A DNA stretch of 39,160 nt from Candidatus Woesearchaeota archaeon (GTDB lineage Archaea > Nanobdellota > Nanobdellia > Woesearchaeales > BM511): positions 1 through 39,160 of the forward strand of contig JAHFPP010000005.1 in NCBI GenBank assembly GCA_023266675.1, written 5' to 3'. Under the pieces are notes generated by a model. That model made no database searches and was not told where the DNA came from. It worked only from the letters and a program-made list of their open reading frames with translations. The translations under genes and the position numbers were made by a program. Of this stretch, positions 28,860 through 37,784 are shown piece by piece (positions within the stretch are counted from its first letter, which is position 1; each line of letters opens with the position of its first letter).

Positions 28860-29630
28860 ATGTCAATATTAATAGGAGTACAGGCAAAAGAAGGTGCAGT
28901 ATTCGTAAGTGATTATACTCCTCAAAGAGAAGGGAAAAAACCAAGAATTAGTCATTTATTACATTTAACTGAATCTAACGGAGAAGCTCTCCTTAAATCA
29001 GGAATCTATTTTGGTACAATCTGTGAACTCCCTATTCTTGTTACATCAAATATTGACAAAAAACATTTATCAGAATTCCCGGATATTTTTGACTTATTAA
29101 CAGATCCTTTTTTCAGTGGACTTAATCTTGATGCTAATTATGAGCCTCTGTCTGAGTTTAAAAGGAAACTTCAAAATATTCCACATGAATTAAAAGATAA
29201 GTATAATGCTGTAGGTTTATATCTTCGATCCACTGTTAGTATAAATGAAGATGTTGGTGTTCTAAGATTATCTGAAAAATCTTTGCCAGATATTTTAAGA
29301 ATAAGCCATTCTCGAGTTTTGGATAAACAGCCATTTATGGTTATAGGCCAAAAATCAACTTTTTACTCCAGTGAATATCTTTTTAAGATGCTTCACGGAA
29401 ACTCTCCTACTTCGCTTCCATCAATTGAAGATGCGTTGGAACTTGCTGCTACTGCCATGAATATCGCTTTTGATAAAGGGCGAAATATTCATTCAGGATA
29501 CCAAGTGGTTGTTGCAGAGAGAATTAATGGAAGTAACCGAATAAAAACCGCAATGAACCCATCTGCGAACTATATTGATACATCTTCAATACAATATTTA
29601 TGCCCAAGATTTGAGAGAACACTTAATTAG
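28860..29630 (+). CDS. Hypothetical protein, divergent proteasome-beta/Ntn-hydrolase-like
   Basis: N-terminus SILIGVQAKEGAVFVSD, FMVIG, and SIEDALELA...SGYQVVV resemble beta-subunit elements. Confidence 0.55.
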   Translation: MSILIGVQAKEGAVFVSDYTPQREGKKPRISHLLHLTESNGEALLKSGIYFGTICELPILVTSNIDKKHLSEFPDIFDLLTDPFFSGLNLDANYEPLSEFKRKLQNIPHELKDKYNAVGLYLRSTVSINEDVGVLRLSEKSLPDILRISHSRVLDKQPFMVIGQKSTFYSSEYLFKMLHGNSPTSLPSIEDALELAATAMNIAFDKGRNIHSGYQVVVAERINGSNRIKTAMNPSANYIDTSSIQYLCPRFERTLN

Positions 29631-29672
29631 TCATTCTTCAATATTTATATATAGAAACAAACTCTTACTCTT

Positions 29673-30098
29673 ATGGCATCTAAAATAAGAATAATATGTG
29701 TCGGAAAAGTAAAGGAATCTCATATCACAACTGGAATAAATGAATTCTTAAAACGATTAACTCCTTTTGTTAAAGTTGAAATTGTTGAGTTGAAAGATGA
29801 GGGTGTAAAAAAGGAAGCGGAGAAACTTACTAACTACCTTGGTTCAAACACGTTTACGCTTGACGAGAATGGAAAAGAATATTCATCAGTAAGTTTTTCA
29901 GAACTTATAAAAAAACAAGAGGGCACACTCACTTTTATTATCGGCGGGCATGATGGCATTGATGATTCCCTAAAATTGAAGTCAACCAGGATATCTCTTT
30001 CCAAAATGACTTTCACCCATGAAATGGCAAGGCTTTTTCTAATCGAGCAGGTATACAGAGCGTATATGATCATTGGCAACAGAAAATACCACAGATAA
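29673..30098 (+). CDS. rlmH: 23S rRNA (pseudouridine1915-N3)-methyltransferase
   Basis: IICVGKVKE, LDENGKEYSS, FIIGGHDG, SLSKMTFTHEMARLFLIEQVYRA, YHR. Confidence 0.95.
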   Translation: MASKIRIICVGKVKESHITTGINEFLKRLTPFVKVEIVELKDEGVKKEAEKLTNYLGSNTFTLDENGKEYSSVSFSELIKKQEGTLTFIIGGHDGIDDSLKLKSTRISLSKMTFTHEMARLFLIEQVYRAYMIIGNRKYHR

Positions 30099-30160
30099 TA
30101 AATCTCTTTTTCTCTATTTTATCACATAGTTTTTTAAATAACAATCAAATAATTTAGATA

Positions 30161-30919
30161 ATGAACAAAAAAATTCTTTTTTTTGCAGTTCTTTTTTTAC
30201 TATCATTTAACCTAATATACCTTGTTTCAGCAGAAAAACCTGAAGACATTAAACTCACAAATTATGTTAATGATTACGCAGGCATTCTCACTTCAGAACA
30301 GAATTCAGCAATCTCAAAAGAGCTTGAGCAGATATTTAAAAGCGGAGAAGCAGAAGTTGCGATTCTAACAGTAAGATCACTAGATGGGATGCCAATTGAG
30401 GACTTTTCATACAAAGTTGCTGAAGGAAAACTTGGAGACGCAACAAAAAACAACGGACTTTTGATTCTAATCGCAGTTGAAGACAGAAAATACCGCTTTG
30501 AAGTTGGACGAGGACTTGAGCCAATATTTAATGACGCAAAGATAACAAGAATAGGAAGAACTTACCTTGTTCCAAGTTTTAAGCAGGGAGATTATTACAC
30601 AGGGCTCTACTCTTCAACGCTTGCAATAAAAAGCGTATTACTAAATGATACAGCGTCAGAATATTATGTCAAAGAGCCATTAACAACTTTTCAGGTAAGT
30701 CCGCTGATGGTATTCTTCGCAATATTCATCTTAATTTCCTTAATCTCTGCATTAATCCGAACAGCGGCAAGAAAGAAAAAAGATGACAATCTTTTCTTTG
30801 CAGCAATACTTGTCTCAGAACTATTAAAGGGAGGAGGCAAAGGAGGCTTTGGCGGAGGCGGTTTTGGAGGATTTGGAGGAGGGTCGTTTGGGGGAGGCGG
30901 CGGTGGAGGGAGTTGGTAA
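30161..30919 (+). CDS. TPM domain protein with Gly-rich tail
   Basis: YVNDYAGIL, NNGLLILIAVEDRKYRFEVGRGLE, TM, GGFGGGSFGGGG..W. Confidence 0.93.
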   Translation: MNKKILFFAVLFLLSFNLIYLVSAEKPEDIKLTNYVNDYAGILTSEQNSAISKELEQIFKSGEAEVAILTVRSLDGMPIEDFSYKVAEGKLGDATKNNGLLILIAVEDRKYRFEVGRGLEPIFNDAKITRIGRTYLVPSFKQGDYYTGLYSSTLAIKSVLLNDTASEYYVKEPLTTFQVSPLMVFFAIFILISLISALIRTAARKKKDDNLFFAAILVSELLKGGGKGGFGGGGFGGFGGGSFGGGGGGGSW

Positions 30920-30921
30920 AC

Positions 30922-31173
30922 ATGTTTAACTTTTTTAAAAAATCAAGAGAAGAAATGAAAAAAGAAATTAAAGGAAAGACAAAGTTTGGAGAGCCGATAC
31001 TTATTTGTCCAAGATGTAACAAAGGCATGGATAAGATAAAAAAGCATGAAATCATAATTGACACTTGCCGTAAATGCAACGGGCTTTGGCTTGATGACAA
31101 AGAAATTGAAAAGATAATTGAAGCAGCGCATAATGCAGCAAACAAGGATAAAGCTTTTAAAAAGAAAAAATAA
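30922..31173 (+). CDS. zf-TFIIB-type zinc-ribbon protein
   Basis: CPRC...IDTCRKCNGLWLDDKEIEKI. Confidence 0.85.
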   Translation: MFNFFKKSREEMKKEIKGKTKFGEPILICPRCNKGMDKIKKHEIIIDTCRKCNGLWLDDKEIEKIIEAAHNAANKDKAFKKKK

Positions 31174-31198
31174 ACAATGAACTGGAGGAGAGAAAAAA

Positions 31199-31822
31199 AT
31201 GGCAAAAAAAGAAACTAATTTTTTTAGCGCAAATAAGACATGGATAATTATTGGAGTAATAATTCTGTTTGTGCTTATGTTAATAGGCTGGTTTGCAGGA
31301 ACATACAACTCGCTTGTTAGTAACGACGAGAATGTGAATGCGAAGTGGGCAAACGTGCAGTCAGCATACCAGCGAAGGGCAGACCTTATACCAAACCTTG
31401 TATCAACAGTGCAGGGAGCAGTCAAGTTTGAACAAACAACACAGACACAGATTGCAGCGCTTAGAACTGGCGCAGTAGCTGCAGCAGCAGAAGTAAAGGC
31501 AGCAACAACACCAGCACAGCTTGATGCAGCAAACGCAAAAGTAGACGCACAATTACAGGCATATAGGTCGCTTAACATCAACGTTGAAAATTATCCTCAG
31601 CTTAAGGCAACTGAAAACTTCCTATCACTTCAGGATGAACTGGCAGGAACTGAAAACAGGGTCAAAGTTGAAAGAGACAATTTTAACGCGGCAGTAAAAG
31701 CATACAATATCAATGTAAGGCGTTTCCCGTCAAATCTTGTTGCAGGAATGTTCGGATTTTCAACTAAAACATCATTTGAAGCAGAAAGCGGCTCAGAAAA
31801 AGCACCAAGCGTTAAGTTTTGA
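31199..31822 (+). CDS. lemA: LemA family protein
   Basis: YNSLV, YQRRADLIPNLV, VENYPQLKA, LQDELAGTENRV, FPSNLVA. Confidence 0.96.
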   Translation: MAKKETNFFSANKTWIIIGVIILFVLMLIGWFAGTYNSLVSNDENVNAKWANVQSAYQRRADLIPNLVSTVQGAVKFEQTTQTQIAALRTGAVAAAAEVKAATTPAQLDAANAKVDAQLQAYRSLNINVENYPQLKATENFLSLQDELAGTENRVKVERDNFNAAVKAYNINVRRFPSNLVAGMFGFSTKTSFEAESGSEKAPSVKF

Positions 31823-31908
31823 ATAAAAGCTTTTTTTATTTTTTATCTTATCTTTTTATGGATTTTTTATACATTCTATCTTTTTTCAAAATAAATACCG
31901 ACTTAATC

Positions 31909-31939
31909 AAAAAAATAAAAAAGTCCCAAGCTTAGGGAC
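31909..31939 (-). terminator. Hairpin plus U-tract on the minus strand
   Basis: Minus strand GTCCC-TAAGCTT-GGGAC followed by a T-rich run. Confidence 0.5.
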
Positions 31940-32146
31940 AAATGGAAGCTAGTTGATTTAGGTCATGGAAACCACCTCCTCTGGTATATTATCCATTTTG
32001 TTGGGGATAATAAACATAAGAAGAACTTCCTTTTTAATGATGTGAAAGCGACTTAAAGAATCAACCTTCATAAGCTTTATAACTCAACTTTTATTATCAT
32101 ATTATATCCCTTATTATATTGTTCAACAAATTTCAGGTGGTAATAA

Positions 32147-32845
32147 ATGCTTCATTTGGTATACAGCCCCAAATGGTTTTATGGCGAAGCCATATTAATC
32201 GACTTAGTGAGTGTTTTTGTACTCGCGCTTGTCGCATTTTTTAGTCTAAGATACTATAAAATAAAAAAGAATGAGAACTATCTTTACCTTGCAATCTCAT
32301 TTGGTATTCTTGCACTCTCATTCATCTTTAAAATATTGATGAACTTTTCAATAAACTATAACGAGGTTGAAACAAGGCAGGTTGGGCTTATGGTATTAAC
32401 CTATCAAACGGTAGAATCATCGGATATACTTTTCTTCCTTGGATTTCTGCTTTATAGAATCCTGACATTAGTTGGTCTGTATGTGCTGTATTCGTTATAC
32501 CATAAGCAGACAAAGCAAAATCATTTCCTCATAGTCTCGTTATTGGTTGCTTTGGCATACTTTAGCTATTCATCCTATTACGTCTTTCACACAGTATCAT
32601 TCATACTGTTAATATTGATTTTAATACAGTATCTAACAAATTATGTTGACAAGAAACATTTCTCAACTATCCTCATGACTATAAGCTTTGTAACAATTGC
32701 GTTTAGTCAGATACTCTTCATCCTCATCGGATTCAATCCGGAAATATATGTGGCTGCAGAATTAACACAGCTTATAGGGTACATTGGTATATTAACAACT
32801 TTTTTAACGGTGCTAAAGAGTGGCTACAAAAAGAACAAGAATTGA
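32147..32845 (+). CDS. Polytopic (~7 TM) membrane protein
   Basis: About seven hydrophobic segments; AGGTGG SD. Confidence 0.8.
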   Translation: MLHLVYSPKWFYGEAILIDLVSVFVLALVAFFSLRYYKIKKNENYLYLAISFGILALSFIFKILMNFSINYNEVETRQVGLMVLTYQTVESSDILFFLGFLLYRILTLVGLYVLYSLYHKQTKQNHFLIVSLLVALAYFSYSSYYVFHTVSFILLILILIQYLTNYVDKKHFSTILMTISFVTIAFSQILFILIGFNPEIYVAAELTQLIGYIGILTTFLTVLKSGYKKNKN

Positions 32846-33092
32846 CATCATTGGTGACATGCTTGAGTCCATAGTAAACAAGGGCGGAAGCATAAAACCG
32901 ACACACTTGATGTACAAATCCAACCTTGCGCACGGGCAGATGCAGCTGTATCTTGAAGAGCTTGTATCAAAAGAGCTTGTTGAGAAAATCAAAAAAGGAG
33001 ACTATGACTACATAACAATAACCAATAAGGGCTACGAGTTTGCGCACAAGTTAAAAGAGATGAAAGAATTCGAGAAGGCTTTCGGGCTTTAA
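32820..33092 (+). CDS. Winged helix-turn-helix regulator (archaeal HTH_45-like)
   Basis: KRTRIDIIGDML...KPTHLMYKSNL...YLEEL...ITNKG. Confidence 0.88.
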   Translation: MATKRTRIDIIGDMLESIVNKGGSIKPTHLMYKSNLAHGQMQLYLEELVSKELVEKIKKGDYDYITITNKGYEFAHKLKEMKEFEKAFGL

Positions 33093-33147
33093 TATTTTCT
33101 AACTAAAAACAGTATAATTTTTAAACTATTATTCAATTCTTTATCTC

Positions 33148-33396
33148 ATGGAGAAAGATTCAGCAACGCAAGCTAAGGACGATGTCAAAAAACAGGTTGT
33201 TTACTCTAAAAACAACTATAAAAAACTTAACAGCCACATAAACTTTAATATTGAAAAAAAGAAGGGAAACGCCAGAAAAAGAGACACAAGCCTACGCTGC
33301 TGTCTTTGCAGAAAGAAATTCGTTCTTCCATTCAAACCTCGTTTTCCTGAAGTGTACTGCGATGAATGCTTTAAGAAAAAAGATAATTACAGATAA
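33148..33396 (+). CDS. Zinc-ribbon protein of the CxxC-x17-CxxC type
   Basis: CCLCRKKFVLPFKPRFPEVYCDECF (16-residue spacer here). Confidence 0.8.
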   Translation: MEKDSATQAKDDVKKQVVYSKNNYKKLNSHINFNIEKKKGNARKRDTSLRCCLCRKKFVLPFKPRFPEVYCDECFKKKDNYR

Positions 33397-33418
33397 TTCT
33401 CTAATAATTTAATAAAAA

Positions 33419-33493
33419 TGGACAAGCCGGGATTTGAACCCGGAGTCTCCTCGCTGCCAGCGAGGCACGATAACCGGATTACGCTACTTGCCC
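33419..33493 (-). tRNA. tRNA-Ala(GGC)
   Basis: GGGCAAG/CTTGTCC acceptor stem with G3:U70; anticodon arm CCTCG-CTGGCAG-CGAGG; T arm CCGGGTTCAAATCCCGG. Confidence 0.96.
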
Positions 33494-33543
33494 GCGGACT
33501 AACTTTTTAGAAAAATGTTTTTGTTTAAAAAACTTTGTCAATA

Positions 33544-33762
33544 CTATTTCTTTCTCACTGCAAGCCGAACGTCGCCGTCATTCACAGTTGTTCTTCCTGA
33601 GTGTTTTGCTATCTTTACTGCCTGCTCGCAGATTTCATTTGCCTTTTCATGTACAGCGTCGGCAAGCTTCTCCGCAGCATCCTTGGAAACCCTGTGTGCG
33701 CCGCACTCTTCAAGGATTCTTGCCATGACTTTTGCTGGTATCGGTTTAGTGTTTCTTCCCAT
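33544..33762 (-). CDS. Archaeal histone (HMf family)
   Basis: IPAKVMARIL..GAHRVSKDA...AVKIAKHSGRTTV...DVRLA. Confidence 0.93.
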   Translation of the reverse strand: MGRNTKPIPAKVMARILEECGAHRVSKDAAEKLADAVHEKANEICEQAVKIAKHSGRTTVNDGDVRLAVRKK

Positions 33763-33884
33763 AAAACTCTTTCTTTAATTTGAATTATAAAAACGTTGTG
33801 ATTTGATATGTTACTATTTATAACTACTTATTAGTAAGTATAACAGAAAGTTTTTTAAATAACTCTTATTTTCTTGTTAGTACA

Positions 33885-34295
33885 ATGGATTATTTTAATA
33901 TAGATGTTATAATTCCTCTCAGTGAATGTATGTCTTCTAGTATGTCATATAGTTTAAAATCAAATTCATTACAGGAAGCCGTGGATATGGCTTTTTCAAG
34001 AGAAATTTATAATGGAGAACGAATTTTAGCTGAAAAATCCATGTTAAAAAAAGAGCCTGTTGTTAAAAGAGGAGATATTCGAATAGTTGCGTATTGCACA
34101 TTTGATGAGAACAAAGAGTTAAAAGAAAGATTTTCTGTTGATGACATTTTTGGAAAAACTCCTCAAAGCGGGCTTTATCAACCACCTTCACGATTAAGCG
34201 ACGCAGAAATCAAGAAGCTTCTTCTAAAAGATGCAGAGATAAATAAAACAGATATTGATGTGTCCGCGCTTGAAGACATGGTTTTCTTAATATAA
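33885..34295 (+). CDS. Hypothetical protein
   Basis: 136 aa ORF with a TATA-like sequence about 30 nt upstream. Confidence 0.65.
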   Translation: MDYFNIDVIIPLSECMSSSMSYSLKSNSLQEAVDMAFSREIYNGERILAEKSMLKKEPVVKRGDIRIVAYCTFDENKELKERFSVDDIFGKTPQSGLYQPPSRLSDAEIKKLLLKDAEINKTDIDVSALEDMVFLI

Positions 34296-34325
34296 TTAGT
34301 TTAACAAATCTCATATTAACTTTTT

Positions 34326-36863
34326 TTAAAAATCATTATACTTGTAAAATATCCTTTTTGCAATCTCAATAACAACAAGGTATAAAAGCACTATTCCAAC
34401 AAGAACTGAGAGTATCATAATTGACAATGGTTCAAATCCAAAAAGTTTTCCAAGTGGGGTGTATGGCAGCATCCATCCAATGGCAACGCACAGCATTGTG
34501 CTGATTAAAAGGTACTTGCTAGGCGAGCTTTGAAGGAAAGGTATCTTCTTTGTCCTTATCACATATATCACAAGCGTCTGTGTGGCAAGCGACTCCAAAA
34601 ACCATCCCGTCTGAAAACTCTTTGCGCTAAACGAGAATACAAAAAACAGCACAAAAAATGTCAGGTAATCAAATAGTGAACTTAGAGGTCCAAAAACATA
34701 CATGAATCTCTTGATGAACTTAAGGTTCCACCTCTTTGGTCGCTTCACCCACTCACTGTCTACCTTATCATTTGGAATTGTTATCTGTGAAAAATCATAA
34801 ATGAAATTAATAAGCAGTATCTGTATTGGAAGCATTGGTAAAAACGGCAAAAAGAGTATTGCGCCTGCTGCTGAGAACATGTTTCCAAAATTCGATGATA
34901 ACCCCATCATGATATACTTCATTGTGTTGCCAAATGCCTTCCTGCCCTCAATAATGCCTTCTTTTAGCGCTCTAAGGCTTTTTTGCGTAAGCACAATATC
35001 CGCAGAGTCTTTCGCGACGTCAACAGCGTTGTTTACAGATATCCCAACGTCAGCAGTCTTAAGCGATGGCGCGTCATTTATTCCGTCACCCATGTAGCCG
35101 ACGACGTGGTTGTTTGATTTTAAAACGCTTATTATCCTGTTTTTCTGCTCAGGCGAGAACCTGGCAAAAATAGTTGTATTCTCAACTCTGTGTTTTAGCG
35201 CATCATCATTTAGTGTTGCCAATTCTTTGCCTGTCATCACACCTTTTACTTTAAGGCCGATATCTCTGCAAATTTTCTCTGTTACAAGCTCATTGTCGCC
35301 AGTTATAACTTTTATTTCAACGCCAATCTCTTCAAGGTGCAAAAGCACATCCTTGACGTCTTCTTTTGCGGGGTCAAGAAAAGCGACAAATCCAATAAGC
35401 TCCAAATCTTTTTCATCTTCTTTTTTGTAAACTTTATTTTTGGCATCAACATCTTTAACTGCTATTGCAAGAACTCTGTACCCGTCTTTGCTTAGTTTTT
35501 GATAATAATCAAAAGCAGCATTTTCTTTTATTTTGTCAATCTTTTGTGTCTTGCCTGCTGATATCTTGCTGCAGCACTTGATAACTTCTTCTGGAGCGCC
35601 TTTTGTTATCATTATTCTCTTTTTGTCTTTTCCATGAACTATTATGCTCATCCTTTTTCTTTGAAAGTCAAAAGGTATCTCGTCAATCTTCTTGTACAAC
35701 AAAACATCAATTTTTTTGTAATTCAAAATGGCGTCGTCAAGAGGATTTTTAATGCCTGTTTGGTTAAAGCTGTTTAAGTATGCGTAAAGCAATGTTTTAT
35801 CTGACTCTTTGCCTTTTATGTCAGTGTATTTTACAAGCGAGATTTTATCCTCAGTGAGTGTGCCTGTCTTGTCTGTGCAAAGAATATCCATGCTTCCAAG
35901 GTTTGGTATGGAATTTAGTTTTTTCACAATCACTCCTTTCTTTGCCATGTTGTTTGAGCCTTTTGCCATAGTCACTGACATTATCATTGGCAAGAGTTCA
36001 GGCGTTATTCCAACTGCAATTGCAATTGAGAACATGAAAGCCTCAAGAATATTCTTGTGCATAAGCGAATTGAAAAGGAAGATAAACATAACAATGAATA
36101 TCATTATCTTCATGATGAGGTAGCCAAAATTGGATATTCCAATTTCAAACTCTGACTTTGATTCTTTCTTTAGAAGGTGCGACGCAATTTTTCCAAACTC
36201 TGTATCTTTGCCTATTTTCAAGATTATTGCAGTTGCCTGGCCGGACACGACGCTTGTACCTGAAAATACTATATTTGTAAGTTCTGAAATTGATGAAAAT
36301 TTTTCTGTCAGAACTTTCTCAGTTTTTTCTGACGGGTAGGACTCACCTGTAAGCGCCGACTGGTTAACAAAGAGGTCTTTTGAAGATATTATTCTTGCGT
36401 CAGCAGGCACAAGGTCACCGGAACTTAAAAAAATAACGTCACCAACGCAAACATATTTTACGTTAACTTCTTTCTTTTCTCCGCCTCTGATGACTGTTGC
36501 AGTTGTTTTTACCGAGTCAAGAAGTTTCTTCACTGAGTTTCTGGCATCATACTCCTTAACAAAATCAAGCAGAATGCTAAAAATTACAAGAAGGAATATT
36601 ATGACTGCGTCAATAGTCTGTCCAAAATAAAATGACATGCCAGCTGCAAACAAAAGGATGAGTATGAGCGGATTTAGAAAGTATTTCAGGAACTCAAAGA
36701 TTATTCCGATTTCTTTCTTTTCTGATATGACATTATGTCCTTTCTCCTCTAATCTTCTAATTGCTTCCGAGTCTAAAATACCTTTATAAGATGAACCAAG
36801 TTCACTATATATACTATTAATCTCTAATACAGAATACTCATTAACACCCTCTTTTTCAATCAT
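34326..36863 (-). CDS. mgtA: Magnesium-translocating P-type ATPase
   Basis: LTGES, VGITPELLP, DKTGTLT, PFDFQRKRMS, KGAPE, GDGINDAP, SSNFGNMFS, FQTGWFLES. Confidence 0.95.
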   Translation of the reverse strand: MIEKEGVNEYSVLEINSIYSELGSSYKGILDSEAIRRLEEKGHNVISEKKEIGIIFEFLKYFLNPLILILLFAAGMSFYFGQTIDAVIIFLLVIFSILLDFVKEYDARNSVKKLLDSVKTTATVIRGGEKKEVNVKYVCVGDVIFLSSGDLVPADARIISSKDLFVNQSALTGESYPSEKTEKVLTEKFSSISELTNIVFSGTSVVSGQATAIILKIGKDTEFGKIASHLLKKESKSEFEIGISNFGYLIMKIMIFIVMFIFLFNSLMHKNILEAFMFSIAIAVGITPELLPMIMSVTMAKGSNNMAKKGVIVKKLNSIPNLGSMDILCTDKTGTLTEDKISLVKYTDIKGKESDKTLLYAYLNSFNQTGIKNPLDDAILNYKKIDVLLYKKIDEIPFDFQRKRMSIIVHGKDKKRIMITKGAPEEVIKCCSKISAGKTQKIDKIKENAAFDYYQKLSKDGYRVLAIAVKDVDAKNKVYKKEDEKDLELIGFVAFLDPAKEDVKDVLLHLEEIGVEIKVITGDNELVTEKICRDIGLKVKGVMTGKELATLNDDALKHRVENTTIFARFSPEQKNRIISVLKSNNHVVGYMGDGINDAPSLKTADVGISVNNAVDVAKDSADIVLTQKSLRALKEGIIEGRKAFGNTMKYIMMGLSSNFGNMFSAAGAILFLPFLPMLPIQILLINFIYDFSQITIPNDKVDSEWVKRPKRWNLKFIKRFMYVFGPLSSLFDYLTFFVLFFVFSFSAKSFQTGWFLESLATQTLVIYVIRTKKIPFLQSSPSKYLLISTMLCVAIGWMLPYTPLGKLFGFEPLSIMILSVLVGIVLLYLVVIEIAKRIFYKYNDF

Positions 36864-37185
36864 TAAGCTAACTATAACCTTGTTTCTTAATAAAACTTTT
36901 TATTGCATCCATTCTCTTTCAATGTTTCATACTTTTTCAAAATCGATATGTTTAAATACTTAAAAAAATATTCTAAAAAGATTATTATTCAGTATGTAAT
37001 TAATTGAGAGGAATGGGATTATTAATATTAAAAAATGCAAAAAATTATACTCAATAAAAATGCTGGCGCAGTAGCACGAATGCATGAATCAGTCTTCTCA
37101 TTAATTTCTAAATCATTAAACAAAAAAACTTTAAAATCTTCACAATCTTATAAAAAAATAAAAACAACATAAACTTGGGGTGAAA

Positions 37186-37767
37186 ATGAACCAGACATTT
37201 AAATCGAAACATCAAAGCGCATTAACAACAAGCGGAATCCTAACATCAAACAGGATACCAAAAGACTACTTTATCACAAAAGGTAAAGGAGAAAGCGACA
37301 TTACAGTCCACGCAGGGTCATATCACCTAGCACTAAAAGATGCAGGGATAGAGATGTACAACATCATGACCTATTCATCAATTCTACCAAAAATTGCAAA
37401 CCGTGTAGAAAGGCCTGCAAAAACAACTCATGGAGCAGTCATGGAATCAATCATGGCAGTTGCAAACGCGCCACGCGGAAAACTTGCAACAGCAGGAATA
37501 ATCTACGGTTGGCTTCATAACAAGATAACTGGCGAAAAATACGGTGGACTCGTTTGTGAATACAACGGAAACCTACCTGAAAAAGAAGCAGGAGAACAGC
37601 TAAAAGAAAGCTTGAGCGAACTCTACACAAACGGATACTCAGACGATTACGAATTAAAAGATATGATGCTAATCTCTGAAAGCATGGTGCCAAAAAAGAA
37701 ATTCGGAACAGTGATTGTATCACTTTGTTTTACAACTTACCTGTTTCCAATAGTAGAAAGACACTAG
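37186..37767 (+). CDS. pdaD: Pyruvoyl-dependent arginine decarboxylase
   Basis: IPKDYFITKGKGES, SYHLALKDAGIE.YNIMTYSSILP self-cleavage motif, HGAVME, GGLVCEY; GGGGTGA SD. Confidence 0.88.
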   Translation: MNQTFKSKHQSALTTSGILTSNRIPKDYFITKGKGESDITVHAGSYHLALKDAGIEMYNIMTYSSILPKIANRVERPAKTTHGAVMESIMAVANAPRGKLATAGIIYGWLHNKITGEKYGGLVCEYNGNLPEKEAGEQLKESLSELYTNGYSDDYELKDMMLISESMVPKKKFGTVIVSLCFTTYLFPIVERH

Positions 37768-37784
37768 AATATATTAGGGATAAA

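Noticed and set aside
30726..31581. Long minus-strand ORFs (159 and 212 aa)
   Set aside because: Antisense shadows of the TPM, zinc-ribbon and lemA genes; the same applies to the other short antisense ORFs over feoB, dus, mgtA and the ATPase.
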